Assembly: GCF_009914755.1 (NCBI RefSeq)
Contig: NC_060931.1
Source: the human T2T-CHM13v2.0 reference genome, Homo sapiens
Reading direction: 5' to 3' (one strand)
DNA: 64,000 bases
Shown: piece after piece, positions 24,405-39,897 of the stretch
How positions within the stretch are numbered: position 1 is the first letter of the stretch
How the letters are laid out: every line of letters starts with the position of its first letter
Made by a program: the position numbers and the translations under genes
The notes under the pieces: generated by a model
Seen by the model: the letters and a program-made list of their open reading frames with translations, nothing else
Databases searched by the model: none
What the model was told of the DNA's origin: nothing

Positions 24405-24825
24405 TGTTATGAACTGAAAGTGTGTCCCCCTAAAATTCATATATTGAATCCCTAACCCCCAATGTGATAGTATTTGGAGATGGGGCCTCTGGGAGGTTTA
24501 CATGACGTCATGAGGTGGGGTTCCCATGATGGGATTAGTGCCCTTATAAGAACAGCCCAGAAAGCTTGCTCTCTCTCCCCTTCTTCTCTCTCTCTCAGTC
24601 TTCTCTCTTTCTCCCTTCCTCTCCTTCCCACTCCTCTTTGCCCTGTGAGGACACAGAAAGAAGGCAGCTGTCTGCAAGTCAGGAAGCGGGCGCTCACCAG
24701 AGCTCAACTATGCTGGCACACTGATCTCAGACTTTCAGTCTCCAGAGCTGTAAGAAATAAACGTCTGCTGTTTAAGCCACCCAGTCTATGGTACTTTGTT
24801 AAGGTGGCCTGAGCAGACCAAGGCA
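24405..24825 (+). mobile_element. MLT1A-like solo LTR
   Basis: tgttatgaactgaa...aaattcatatattgaatccctaacccccaatgtgat...ttgtttaagccacccagtctatggtactttgtt. Confidence 0.85.
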
Positions 24826-25419
24826 AAAGGTGAGTGAATCTCCATCAGCCTAGCAGTTTGGACTCTGAGCTCATTATCGGGACATCATTATCTACCTAGA
24901 GACAATTTACCTAACTTTGGGCCAAGGACTAAGGAAGAAAAGAGCCTCTGGAATGTTATCATGGTCACCACACTACTAGCGGATGTAAAAGGAGAACAAA
25001 CACTAGGCTTAGCTTGAGTCCCAGCCCTCCTCCCACAGTCACTCCCCCAACCCTAGCTTCTCCCTAATGCTAACCCAAAACAAGAGATACTCCGGATGAC
25101 TCAGCCGCAAGTGCCCTTGCTATTGATTTGAACCTGATCAGACAGTTTGGTTCTGGCTCTTCGATTCTCTCCCAGACACCAAGCCCCATGTCTCTGAACT
25201 GGAGTGTTCCTGTGGCCCCTGCTCCCGATCGCTGGAAACTGACTCACAAGTTTCCCTCCCAGGAACAGGAAGCCTGCCCTGCACTGCATTCCTAAGATCC
25301 TTCTAACCACTGGCAGCTCAGCCTCATGTTGGCCACCTGCATGAACTTCCAACCATCACCTCCCCTCACTGTGATGCCCCATCCACTTCCTGGGACACCA
25401 GGTAAATACCTAACAGCCA

Positions 25420-25590
25420 CTGTTGACTGAGCACCACCGTGTGCCAGGATCTCTGCTTTAATACGCATTATCCCTAATCCTCAACACAATGCTGCAAGGT
25501 AGGTTATACTCTTCCCATTTGTGGTTGAAGCACACAAGACTTAGGGAGTTAAATAACCTTCCCAAGATCACACAGCCAGTCAGTAAAAGC
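25420..25590 (+). mobile_element. MIR
   Basis: tgagcaccaccgtgtgccagg...taatcctcaacacaa...gttaaataaccttcccaagatcacacagc. Confidence 0.75.
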
Positions 25591-25735
25591 TTGCTATTTT
25601 CACCTTTCTTTCTGACTTTAAAGTCTATTTTCTTTCCAATACAACACAGCGTCGTTTCTACCCCATTTTGGCACACCCCATCCCTTCCTTGTCCTCCACA
25701 GCTGATGTTGCCCTGGACTGGAGCTAGCTACTCTT

Positions 25736-26182
25736 TTTTTTTTTTTTAATTATACTTTAAGTCCTAGGGTACATGTGCACAACGTGCAGGTTTGTTACAT
25801 AGGTATACATGTGCCATGTGGGTTTGCTGCACCCATTAAGTTGTCATTTACATTAGGTATTTCTCCCAACGCTATCCATCCCCCAGCCCCAGACTCCCCA
25901 ACAGGCCCCAGTATGTGATGTTCCCCTCCCTTTGTCCATGTGTTCTCAACGTTCAACTCCCACTTACGAGTGAGAACATGCAGCGTGTGGTTTTCTGTCC
26001 TTGTGATATTTTACTGAGAATGATGGTTTCTAGCTTCATGCATGTCCCTGCAAAGGACATGAACCCATCCTTCTTTAAGGCTGCATAGTATTCCATGGTG
26101 TATATGTGCCACATTTTCTTAATCCAGTCTATCATTGATGGACATTTGGGTTGGTTCCAAGTCTTTGCTACTGTGAATAGTG
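25736..26182 (-). mobile_element. L1PA 3' end, 5'-truncated (~450 bp)
   Basis: Poly(T), L1 3' UTR and an ORF2 C-terminal remnant (TVAKTWNQPKCPSMIDWIKKMWHIYTMEYYAA). TSD gagctagctactctt/gagctggccactctt. Confidence 0.95.
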
Positions 26183-26840
26183 GAGCTGGCCACTCTTGTA
26201 TCCTCTCAGCCTCACACTGTTTCAAGCCAGCTGAACCTCCTCCAATGGGGGGTACAGCTGGATCAGTCCCCAGTATACCATCAGCTCAGGCCCGCCACCA
26301 ACTCTCTATCCCAACTCATAAATGAATCCAATTTGGTGGCTCCCACCTGCAACCCCATTGATTTACAACTTCCAATTACAGCACATAAGAACAAGTCTTG
26401 TGTGTGTCCTAGGGGGTTGGAGAAAAGAAGGAAGAAAGTGAGAAGGGGCAAAAAGAAAATGAGGAAGAAAGAAACGAAGGAGAAGAATAGGGTCAAGGAA
26501 AAAAGTGGATCAGAGGAGAGAGAAGGAACGAAGAAGACGTGGCGCCCCATAAAACAGCATGTGTCAAGTGAGGACACTGTGGGGCTGCTTAGTCAGGAAG
26601 GGCAGAGAGCTCAAATCTGGAACTCCAGCAAGATCCCTGGTCTCCTAGTTAAGCCAAAGAAAACTGTTCCCAGTCTGAGAAGAGAATGTGCATGATGATA
26701 TCAAGATTACAAATCATAAAAGCTAAGTTTCCTTTTTGATAAATTGGATCAGAAAAAGAGGTGGCTATAAAGGACATTTTGGGGACAACTAGGGCAATTT
26801 GAACATGAATGCCTTAGATAATAGCAGTGTATTAATGTAA

Positions 26841-27173
<333 letters not shown>

Positions 27174-27281
27174 TATGATTTTCATTGAGGTTGTTTAGCA
27201 GAATTTTTTTTTTTCAAAGATACCAGCTAAAGTATTTAGAGATGAAATGTCATAATGTCTCAACTAACTTTCAAGGGTCAT

Positions 27282-27284
<3 letters not shown>

Positions 27285-27330
<46 letters not shown>
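27285..27330. repeat. (AC)23 microsatellite within an old L1M remnant
   Basis: Directly visible. Confidence 0.95.
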
Positions 27331-27332
<2 letters not shown>

Positions 27333-27589
27333 CATACACATACGCAGAAAGACAGAAAAATAAGTTAATATGGTAAAATATTAGCAACTGATGGATTTAG
27401 TCAAATGATATATGTCTTGACTGTATTATTTTTACAACCTTTCTCAGGTTTGAACTTTTTCAAAATAAAAAAGAAAAGAAATTATGAAATAGGCACAACC
27501 TAAGAAACAAATGTTTTCCAGACGCCCAGGGTATTTTAATTTGCATAATAAGTTCTTCCAGATGACTTGAAAGCACTGTTATGGGGGGG

Positions 27590-27755
27590 TTAGAAGATCA
27601 TCCAGCTCTGGAGTCAGGCTGCCTACACTGGAATACCATCTAAAGAGCAAGTTTCTTAACCTCTTCAAGCCGCAGTCTCCTCATCTGTAAAATGGTGCCC
27701 AAAACAGTATTGAATACAAAGGGTTGATTATGAGAGTTAAATGTAATAAGTCACA
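27590..27755 (-). mobile_element. MIR
   Basis: ctctggagtcaggctgcct...gcaagtttcttaacctct...cagtctcctcatctgtaaaatgg. Confidence 0.8.
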
Positions 27756-28705
27756 GGAGTTATTATTATTATTGATATAAGAAAAGACAGGATGTATAGT
27801 ACTATCCTCACTTAAACTGCCCAAATAGAATTCCAAAGAATAAGCTGACCATTTTGTTTTAGAACTTTCTTTTTCTTTCTTCCTCTTACATAAAACACAG
27901 AGAAGCAATTTCAGAAAGATGGCATGTGCCAAAAACCACAGATATTGGAATCAATCCAGACATCGTATCTTTTAACGAGAGAATGGGGTGACATTTCTCC
28001 ACCAAATAAAGTTCCTTATAAACTAAGTTTCCTAACTTTACGTTCAGGGTGAATCACTTGCAATGAAGAAACAGCAACTGTAAGAAGGAAAAATGGGTCT
28101 TCTTCGATAAGCCGGACAGTTCACAGAAGGGGGTGGGTGGGGTGGGCAGGATCCAGGTGGGAAACCTAATCTTCAAAACAGATTCCTTCTTTTGGCCAGA
28201 AAAGCTCAGGTCAAGGAACTGAAGAGCTGGCTTCTTCCTTCCTCACAGTAACTGCCTTGATGACTGGCAGTGTGGCCCAGACAGAGCACATTCCATAGGG
28301 CTGGACAGCAGGCGTGGGGCCAGCAACCGTTAAACACACTTTTGTATCCTCCACTAAAAAGAATGTCTGGAACCAACAGCATGTGCCTTGTTCTAAGAAC
28401 AGATTTCTCCTCCAGCTATTTCTCCAGCTTACAGAAGAAGTGTTTATGCAGTGTGCACCTACCTACACTACGGTTACTTTATAGCTGGGTGCCTCAGTGT
28501 GAGATACTTAAGAATATCCATATTTTTAAAAAGCTTGGAGAATGGCATGCTTCCAACATCAGCATGAACCTAGACCCTAAATTAAGTTAGCACACATATT
28601 AAGAGATACACACAAACTTAAAGAAAAAACAAAATCAAGTCTACACAGAGTTTAAAGGTGCCTACTTATTTCCAGAGTCAGAATTATGTTTAAAAAAAAA
28701 ACTGG

Positions 28706-29183
<478 letters not shown>

Positions 29184-29671
29184 TTACCTTAATCATTAAC
29201 TTCTCTGGATGGTACAAAAAAAAAAAAAGGCCAGGGTCTGTTTTCTAATGTATATTCTTGCTCTTTCCATTTTTCTAAAAGTATTAATTAAACATTAAGC
29301 CAACTTATTTAAAAGAGGGAAAAATGGGAAATAACCTAAAATCCTAATAATTGGATGTCACTTAAGAACCTACAAAACATACACTCAATGAACAATACAC
29401 GGCCATTAAAAAGTGATAGATAGGCTGCTCTGTCTATGGAGTAGCCATTCTTTCATTTGTTCACTTCCTTAAAAAAAAAAAAATAATGGCTAAGTATTAA
29501 AATAGGAAAATGTCCATTATTAAATACAAAAGGGCATGGCACAATAGTTATATGAATATGTTTTATTAATAGCTATGTAAAAGAAGTATTCATAAAAAAA
29601 ATCTGAACTCTAACACAAGAGAAATTAACAGCAGTTTCGGGAGTGCATAATGAGCTTTTGACAGATGTCTT

Positions 29672-30317
<646 letters not shown>

Positions 30318-30612
30318 CTAGGATAAAGGTTGATTTCTTATTTTAAATTCCACAGTCACCTAAGGGAACTAAACTCTAAGGCACCTGTAACATTCATGAA
30401 TAAATACACTGTGGATCAACCCAGGGAGCATTTTCATACCAGCAAGGCCCCAGAATGGACACCCTGGTAACAAAGTCCTCTTGTTTGGGGGAATGTCCCC
30501 AAATCCCTATATAGGAAAGAAGCTTCAGGGCCTCTATGAAAATATTTACACATGAGAGAACACAGACACACACACCCCAAATCCACATGAGAAATTGAAG
30601 AAATGGCATATC

Positions 30613-30717
30613 TAGTGGGTGCAGCGCACCAGCACGGCACATGTATATGTAACTAACCTGCACATTGTGCACATGTACCCTAAAACTTAAAGTGTAATAA
30701 TAATGAAAAAAAAAAAA
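30613..30717 (+). mobile_element. Very short young L1PA 3' end (~100 bp)
   Basis: tagtgggtgcagcgcaccagca...gtaccctaaaacttaaagt plus poly(A). TSD aagaaat(g/a)gcatatc. Confidence 0.92.
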
Positions 30718-31649
30718 AAGAAATAGCATATCATGAAAAACTAAAATGGTTTGAAATTCTTCAACTAACGATGACCTTAATCATAGAAGTCCCCATTCCA
30801 ACTTGTTTGCCTTGTACGGAAGACTTGGGTCCCAAGGAGAATCCACACACTCCTGGTGAGGGTGTGCTAAAGTTGATCAAGTTTAACTAAATAGGTTCAG
30901 TACCGCACCAAGGAACACAGAGTTTCCCAGACAGCGGCCCACCGGCGCCTATTCTCTTTGAACACAATGGAGAGGCACATGACCCTCGGGAGCTAGAGGA
31001 AAGCTCACCTGGAGTGAGTTGGAGTCTGCTGTGCTCCTTGGTGGGAGCAAGTAGCAAAAAGGTAACAAGAGATATCCTAAAGTCAAGAAGGTAGCAGCAC
31101 AGGGCCCATCCGACACAAGATCACAGTTAGTAAGCCCAGAGACTTATTATGATGGATCTGAGACACTAATGCCTAATGCCACGAGGCAAAAAAGTGAGAC
31201 TGCCAAGAGGGACCCTAGTCAGCCACAGTTTTACAACTCAGTCTTCAAATCCTTCTCTTACACACCTCCTGGCATTGTTTAATCAATTATTCAGACAGGG
31301 CTTCTGATGAATGGCTCCCCCATTCATATTCACAGTTAAATTCTCCAATAGTTAACTATGCACGTTTTCACAAGATTTCCAACAACCTGAAAACATTTTA
31401 TGAGCTGGCATTGCATGTTCTGGGGAGTATTTCCAAACCAATAACTGCTCATCATTGTCTCTGCTGAAGTGAATCTGGAACGAGCCAAGACCGAGAAATG
31501 ATGGCACAGGGAACCTATCAGAGGCAGAAATATCCATATTATAAAGTTAGAAATAAAATAATGCCAAGCATCTGCTCTTTAAAAAAAAAAATCAACCTCC
31601 TTGTGTAAAAAGAAAATGAATAAAAATACTTGTCCTACCTACCCCATTG

Positions 31650-32560
31650 GTTTCATTCATTGAACAAATATTCCTGAGAGCTGGGTACTGAGGTACAACG
31701 GTGATGAAAAGCAAAGAGACCCTTGCTCTATTGGAACTTACAATAATGGGAGAGAAAAGGTGAAACAATCAAAATAATGAATCAAAAACATGAAATATTA
31801 TAACCCCTCTGAAATAAAGGAATACAGATCTCTAAAAGCAGGAAGAGTTTCCTTAAGGCTTGAGCACAATCTGAAGGCTAAGCACCAGGCAAAGGGAAAA
31901 GGGTGAAAAGAGTGTTCCAACCAGGACCAACCGGCATGTACAAAGGCCCCATGGCAGGAAGAAATGTATTTAAAGATCTTAAAAAGGGGAAGGGGACTCA
32001 TGGATGGAGCGCAGATTGTCAGGGAAGAGATCAGATGTCAGGGAAGAAATCTTTGAAAAGATTTCTCTTAAACTTGGGGATGACACGAAAGAGAGAGAAG
32101 GGAGAACAGATATGAGAAAAGTTGTTAATAGGCTACTGCAATAGTCCTGGCAAAAGACAGGGATAGCTCAGTTCTAATGAGGTGACCAAGGAGATGGAAA
32201 GAAGTGAATGGAGTCAAGCTATTCAAGAGGGAAGAGCCACAGGACTGAGTGACAGATGGGATACAAGTTAGGAGAGAATGACATCAAGAACGGCTCCTAG
32301 GTGCCTGGCCTGCCCCAGTGAATGTTTGACTGCACCATTTGCTGGAGATAGGGAACAGGTTTGGGGTAGAGCCTGTGAAAGGTGAGGAACCTTTGAGATA
32401 GTCCAGTGGAGAGACAAGCTGGCAACTGGATAATCAGGTCTTAGAGACAGATCCAGGCTAAAGATATAAATTATGGGCCCATCATGATAGAGATGCCAAC
32501 TGGAGTGTTGCCCAAGAGACAGTTACAGAATGAGAAGAAATGACATTTCAGCATCAAGCC
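31650..32560. mobile_element. L2 fragment
   Basis: ttcattcattgaacaaatatt...ggctactgcaatagtcc...gatggaaagaagtg...gagatagtccagtggaga. Confidence 0.7.
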
Positions 32561-33926
32561 TTGAAATACTCAGACCTTTTAGAAAGTTGCATGAATCAAG
32601 AAAGATAAGGTATATGAATATCTTTTATAAACCGTAAAGCATTATAAAAATATTAGTTACTTTAAAAGATGAAAGGGCATGGAAATTAATATTTCTCTGA
32701 CATTAAAAGCTATAGATCAAACTCAACAAGGCCATCAGTTGTACAGAACTCAGGAGGAGTTTAATCCATATCAAAGCTCCAAAAGTCCAGGAGAACAGAT
32801 TGAATTTGCTGTGAGCCCAAGAGGCTCTCAGAAGGGGACTTAGGGTTACTCATAACCAGCAGGCTATTTCTTCTTGCAGAACCGACAAATGAGTCCCATA
32901 TTTGGGCCTCTGCAATCAGTTGGCTGCAGCTCCCAGGCGGGCTGACACACACTGCAACCTCACATCTGCAGGACTCTCGCCCCTTCTCTCTTTTTTAAAG
33001 GGCCTTTGTCCTTTGTTCCCCAGCCTCACAGGCAAGACAGAAGAGCCTTTGCTTCTGTACTTCTTAAAAGCTTTAGAAAGGGACTTCATTCTGCACACTT
33101 CGGGGAGGACCAGGACCCATGACTGCATGGGAAGTAAAACACAAGTAGCACACGGCATACTTCTCCTAGATGCTCTCTGCGTCTTCCAGCACCTCAACAT
33201 CCAATTGTAAAATAGCAGGAAAGATTCAGTTAGAGCCCAAAACTAAATTTAAAAATTAAAAAAGAAGTAAATAAATTAATTAAACAGCAGGAAAGAGAGA
33301 GACAATCAAGCTTTGCATGAAACAGCTTTTATTCTTCTTTTAGGAAAACGGTTTTAAACTATATTCATTCTCTGGAATTCAAAGTAGTTTTGCCCTTAAA
33401 AGGCTGACCTTAGAATCATTCCACCCAGCTGCATAAATCCAATACAATTCAGCTCAGGCCACTGGGAAAGACACGGAGTGGGAGGCCGAGCCAGATGACC
33501 CTCAATGTTTCTCTGCTCCAAGAGTCTGATCCCATAAGTAAGAACCAGATGTTCCACAGACATCATCTCCAATTAGGGAATCAGCATCTTTCAAAAACAT
33601 CTCTTTCTTTTTGCTAATAATGTGGCCCAATGGCCCTCAGAACTCTGATTAGCCAAGTATTGGGTTCAATATGGATATTTTATCAGCCAGGAGTCTGCTC
33701 TTACCTACTTTCTCAGTTGGACCTCCTTGGGGTCCCTTTCCTAAATATATGGCCACCCAGCCACCAGGCATGTGCCAAAATCTGCTTATTTAACACCCTT
33801 TACCCAGAGAACTAATGTAGTCTCTCTCCACTTACCTCCACACTCAAGCCTTGGGTGGCATCGGCCCCAAATTTCCTGCCCTAAGCACCTCAATGCAGTG
33901 GCCACTCGTTAATTTATCCTTTCGTC

Positions 33927-34330
33927 CAGTGATCCTCAAACCTGGCTGCATATTACAATCATCTGGAGAAGTGGTTATGTTTGTTTTTTTCCCAGCATTC
34001 TAATTTAAAATATGCAAATCAGAGCAAAGTTGAAAGAATTTTATAATGAATACCATATGCCTACTGCCTAAATAACACCATTAATATTTCATTGTTCCTG
34101 CTTATCACAAACCTACCCATTGACATATTCATCCATCACCCCACTTTATTTTTTATGCATTACAGAGTAAGTTGCAGACCTCAGTATATATAAACACAAA
34201 TCCAATCTGGAGACTATTTTAAAAAATCTTATGCCCCACCTCCAGACATTTTAATTTAGTCAGTTTTGAGTGGGGCTCAGGCATTAGTATTTTTTAAAAA
34301 TCTCCCCAAGTAATTCAAATGTGCAACCAA
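33927..34330. mobile_element. MER5-like element interrupted by an old L1M fragment
   Basis: cagtgatcctcaaacctggctgcatattacaatcatctggaga ... ggcattagtattttttaaaaatctcccca. Confidence 0.6.
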
Positions 34331-35150
34331 AGGGATAGGGGAGAATGCTTCTGCCTCCCATGAGCCCTGCCCAGAGACAGTGGGAGAGGCCAGTGGGTGG
34401 AGCCTGTGGAACATCATAAGCTATATAGGCTACGCAGACGGCAGCCTGCCATCTTCTTGCACGTACACACCCACACACAACATCAACCATCGACAAATGA
34501 AGCAAAGGCCAAGGAATGGGTTGGGAGGTGGAAAGAGAAAATTCCCTTTATTCCTTTAGAAATGAGGCTGCAGAAGGGGAAATTCAGGTCTAAAGACAGA
34601 CACCCCCTGAGCTTCCACACTTAAACACGGCCCCTGCCCCTGCACCTCCCACCATCCTTCCCAGGTTCCTCCCCCGTTATTCTGACTCCCAACCACAGTG
34701 GAAGTCTGCATGGAAATGGGGTTGCAGGGCTTCTCAAAATCCAGCAAAAGGAAGAAAGTGGGATTAGCAATAAACCCTGCCTAGATTTTCTAGTCCAGAC
34801 AGTCCAAAACCAAAGTGCCGAGGTGGCAGAAGCTACCGGTAAGCAGCATCTCCACGTCTGTCCTCTAAGAGACCCAAAGCACACAAGTGAAATGGTTATG
34901 CAACAACACAACGATTATAAAATAAGACTGTGGGGACAGTTAATACTTACAAGGGTTGGGAAAAAGGAATGACAAATAGTGACTCAGGAAAGAATCTTGG
35001 TATAACCCACTGGGCATCTAACTACATCATTAGTAGCCATTTCCAAAAAACCTTGAAAATTAATTTCATTTTGAAGGCAATAAATGACAGATAGATTATC
35101 TATCTAGACAGATAGATAACCATATGTAACCACAAATCTTGTTTTGTTTA

Positions 35151-35579
<429 letters not shown>

Positions 35580-36969
35580 TCACAATCTTAGTCATCATAT
35601 CAGCTTTGTGAAATCAATAGGTATTATCATTTCACCTTACAAATGAAGCAGAGAGACCAAGATAAATAAAAACAAATCAGAGACCATGGAGCACAAGGAG
35701 CCCAAAAATGCAACTATCCTGACTTCTGGACGACTTTACAGAGATATACTCTCTATACAGAGATAACTCTCTATATATCTCTCTAGAGATTATCTGTCTA
35801 TATATAAAGCAAGAGATTTTACACACATATAAAATCTGTATTTCTAACATCTTTTGAAGTCAGAACAGCTGAAAACACTGGGTCCAAATTCCTATATGGT
35901 AAGGGTCTGTTGGAGCTAAGTGGCAGCTGCTTCCTTTAAGCAGGTCCTGAACTTTCCTATCCCCTCCGTCCCTCCTCCTCCCTATGATGTCTCTGACCAG
36001 CTTCACTCCTTCCTGTGCCTGACTCCTGAGCTCAAATCAACCAAGATGGCAGGTGGTTCTGGAAGTTGGCAATGGCAGGCCCGGTACGATGTAAAGGTTA
36101 GGAAGTCATGTCATATCGTTTTCAAATAATGGTGAGTGGGAAAAGAACGTAAGACACTGGTCAGGCAGTGACACAGGGGTCAAGAAGCTGAGTGACTCAG
36201 TGTGCTGTCATTCCCCCTGGGTGAATGAGAGGAAGGGGGGCTATCCTGACTAGGGCAGTAGTGACGCAGCTGAGGCAGGCAGCTGAGTCCCCACAAAGTT
36301 TGTGTTCTTCCAACTCCTAGCCCACTGCAGCACTGGGCACAGAGTGCGGCTCAGGAAACATCTATGGAAGAGAGCCGTGGATGAAAACCTCAAGGAGAAA
36401 CACACACTCATTTCACCAACTGCCTGTGAGGGCCTAGAGAGTGGCCCCATGCATGGTGGGATGAGGCGAAGGTCTGATGGCATCTCAGAGATGTGATCTG
36501 AGAACTTGGAAGCTGTGGGACAAAACTCAAGACTCACAACGAGAGCAGTAAATGATGCTACTCTGGGAAAAAGAAATTTCAAAATAGTTGCATCTTAAGT
36601 AATTGACCATATCTGCCTGGTGTGCCCTGCTGACAGAGGAACTAGCACCAAGTCTGAGCTCAGTAGGGGAAAGATCTGTGTTGAAAAACAAGCATGTTCA
36701 GGACACACAGTGAGGGAAGAATACGAGTGCTTTGTGCCTGTCATCTCTGTTCTAATTGATCACAGCTCTAGCATATTGTACCCATTTTCTTTCATGAAAC
36801 TTTTCCTTTTAGCCTGATTTTCCTGTTCCTACCCTCCAGGGTCAGGATGGCAGGCTCTGCCAGGCTGACCAAATAAAGCACAGCAAGGGCGGGTCATCAG
36901 GCCAAGACATCAAAAAGCACAGGCTGCAACTGGTCCTACCAGTCCTTAGTTTAATATAAGAATGCTGCC

Positions 36970-37363
<394 letters not shown>

Positions 37364-37547
37364 TCAGTCAGAAATGGAGACAGCAGGGAGCCTGACTCAG
37401 ATGTAGAACAGATCCCCAAGAAGGGATCCAGGGGAGGCCACATCAGTTTCTTGGGCTCCATCTAGCTTGATCTGGCATCAGTACCTGGTGCATGCGGATG
37501 ATGGGTGAGTCCAATCAGCCTCACAGGAGGCAGCAGAATATTCTAGC

Positions 37548-37880
37548 CAGCAGTTCTCAAATTTTACATGCACATGGATCATCTGGGGATCTTCAGATTA
37601 TAATTCAGAAAGTCTAGAGTAGGGCCTGAGATTCTGAATTTGTGACAAACTCCCAGGAGATGAATGTTGCCAGACCATGGACCATGCTTTGAGTAGTCAT
37701 ACTCCAAGCCAGTAGTTCTCACCTCGGTTTCACTTTGGAAGCACTGGGAGAGCTTTTAAAATGCCTGATGCCCAGGCCTCATCCCAGAACCAATTAAATC
37801 AGAATCTCTTGGGCTGGGACCCAGGCATCAAAGTTGTTTAAGCTCCCAGGTAAGTGTGATGTGCAGCCAAGACTGAGACT
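37548..37880. mobile_element. Two adjacent MER5-family elements
   Basis: cagcagttctcaaa...gggcctgagattctg...tttgagtag, then cagtagttctca...caattaaatcagaatctct...gtgcagccaag. Confidence 0.7.
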
Positions 37881-39897
37881 CTTTGCTCTAGACCGTGGGG
37901 ATGGGCAGAGCAGGAGCTTCATTGTTCCAGTGGGTTCGCCTGGCCTGGGGCAGCTCAGGAGAGTGGTCACCCAGGCTGAGTTATGCAAGTGACCACAGGC
38001 TCAGTTAAAAAGGTTCCAAACTGGTGGGGGGCAACCCCAGGCCTAGACAAACACAACCAGAGAAAGGGGAAGAGAAGACTTGCTGGTGCCCAGGGCTTAC
38101 CCCAAGCATTGCAGACACCTGTAAAAATCAGGCCTACTTTCAGACTTCCCCAACCAGTGGCCCAGGCTCCTAAAATACATGACATGGGATTTCTCCATAC
38201 AGGCTCCAAAGCTGCTAGAGCTATAGGCTGAAGGTCCTCAGGATTTCAACTGAGAGGGAGGAGTTGGGAAAGGCAAACTAGGAAACAATTTTCCACTGGC
38301 CATCAATAAAATTCCTCATTAATTTCTAAGAGTGACCAGCTCCTCTCTTTGCCTCTCCTGCTCTTTACTGATGCACTGGCCCCTGTTCCTCCACAATGTG
38401 ACCCCCCTTTGTCGCCAGCTACTCCATACATTTAGAAAGTCAATTCTGCAATTTCCAAATGCCAGACAGAAATCCCCTCCAAAGACCCTTAACGATGATG
38501 CACACCAATAATGTGACACCCTCCAGAATGCCAAGATCTGCTGAGGACCCCGAGTCCTTGCAATAAAGCAGGAGAACCTGAGATAAGATCCCAAGCCCTG
38601 AGTTCAGGTCCTCACACCTGTCAGGACTGAGCAAAGCTCTAGGAAAACCGGCAGAGTTAAAGCCCAGAGGAGGAGGGGAAGGCCTGCGTGAATGAAAGAA
38701 AGAGGAGAGCAAAGGAGACAAAAAGGGAAAGAGAAGGAGAGAAAGGAGAGGAGGAAAAGGGAGCCTGGGTGGAGAATAGGAAGGTGGAGCATGGCAAAGG
38801 CCTCCAGCATTCTTTGGGGACTGGTCAGGGGTAGCAGTGACCTAGCCTGAGGATAAACCCAGATTCTATGAGGGCCTGTGCTTTTAAAATGGATTCATGT
38901 TTACCAAGTTTTAAAAAGGACTGAAGTGACTTAGAGAAAACATATCAAATGAGGTCAAATAAAATTCAACATGGGTGTAGAGAAGGATTAGTCATGTGGG
39001 AGAACCAGGAAGTAGAGAACAAGAAAAAATAATAAGTATGGGGCTAGAAAACAGTCCAGACCCCACAGAAATTAACTAGGAAAAAAGTCACAGACCAAAA
39101 ATATATACCCATGAGTCCCAGCCTTGCTCTTGAGATCAGTTAGCCAGGCAGGCAGTGGTTTAGCTCAAGGAGGGATGAATGAATGTGGGGGCCAGAGCCC
39201 TCCATTTAGAGGCAGAAAAGCCAGCTTCTACTATTGTCTGCTTTGAGTCCGAATCTTGAGAATACTCCGAAATGCCTTTAATAAGCACAGTGGTTTTTCT
39301 GGTTTATGATGTAAGACAGCCACTCGTTTCATGTATTCTCCAAAAATAGAGTTTGCTCCAAAAATAAAAAGTAAAAGAAGTCAACAAAGGGTTAGGTTTC
39401 GAGTACAGAGGCACAGGGCAGCTTTTGGGGGAAGAGCTCTCTCTCTTTAGTTCTTGGGCAGTAAGCTCACCTGCCAGCAGTCAGGGTCTAATTAGTGCCC
39501 AGCAGCAAGAGGGAGCAGAGCTTCTCTGGAATGCTCCAGGGGGATGGGGCTGCACAATGAGGTGGGGGGTATGCTGGTGGTGGACACCAGTGTGCACAGA
39601 CCTGTTCCTTCTCAGCTTCTACTTTAGAGGTACAGTCTCTGGGACATTAGCTTTTACCACTGTTAGGTCAGCAAACCTTTTGAAAATGTGATGAAAGACA
39701 CACATATGCACTGCACATACAATGCCCTAAAGAGCATTTCCAGAAGTTCCCAGACCCTCTTGAGGCCATAAACTCAGCTTAAGAACCTTCAGTCTGTAGG
39801 TTTTCAACTCCCACAGGTTTCTTTCAGTAGAAAACACACTGCTCTGGTCACCGCCATGAGTCCTTGGGAACCTTATGAAACTCTAGTGAACCCCCAG

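Noticed and set aside
26180-26695. 171-aa plus-strand ORF with a K/E/R-rich segment
   Set aside because: It starts at a non-ATG codon at an L1 junction, owes its length to a purine-rich low-complexity tract, and has no recognisable domain.
35738-35805. Quasi-palindromic TA/GA-rich patch
   Set aside because: A decayed low-complexity microsatellite; self-complementarity is expected from its composition.
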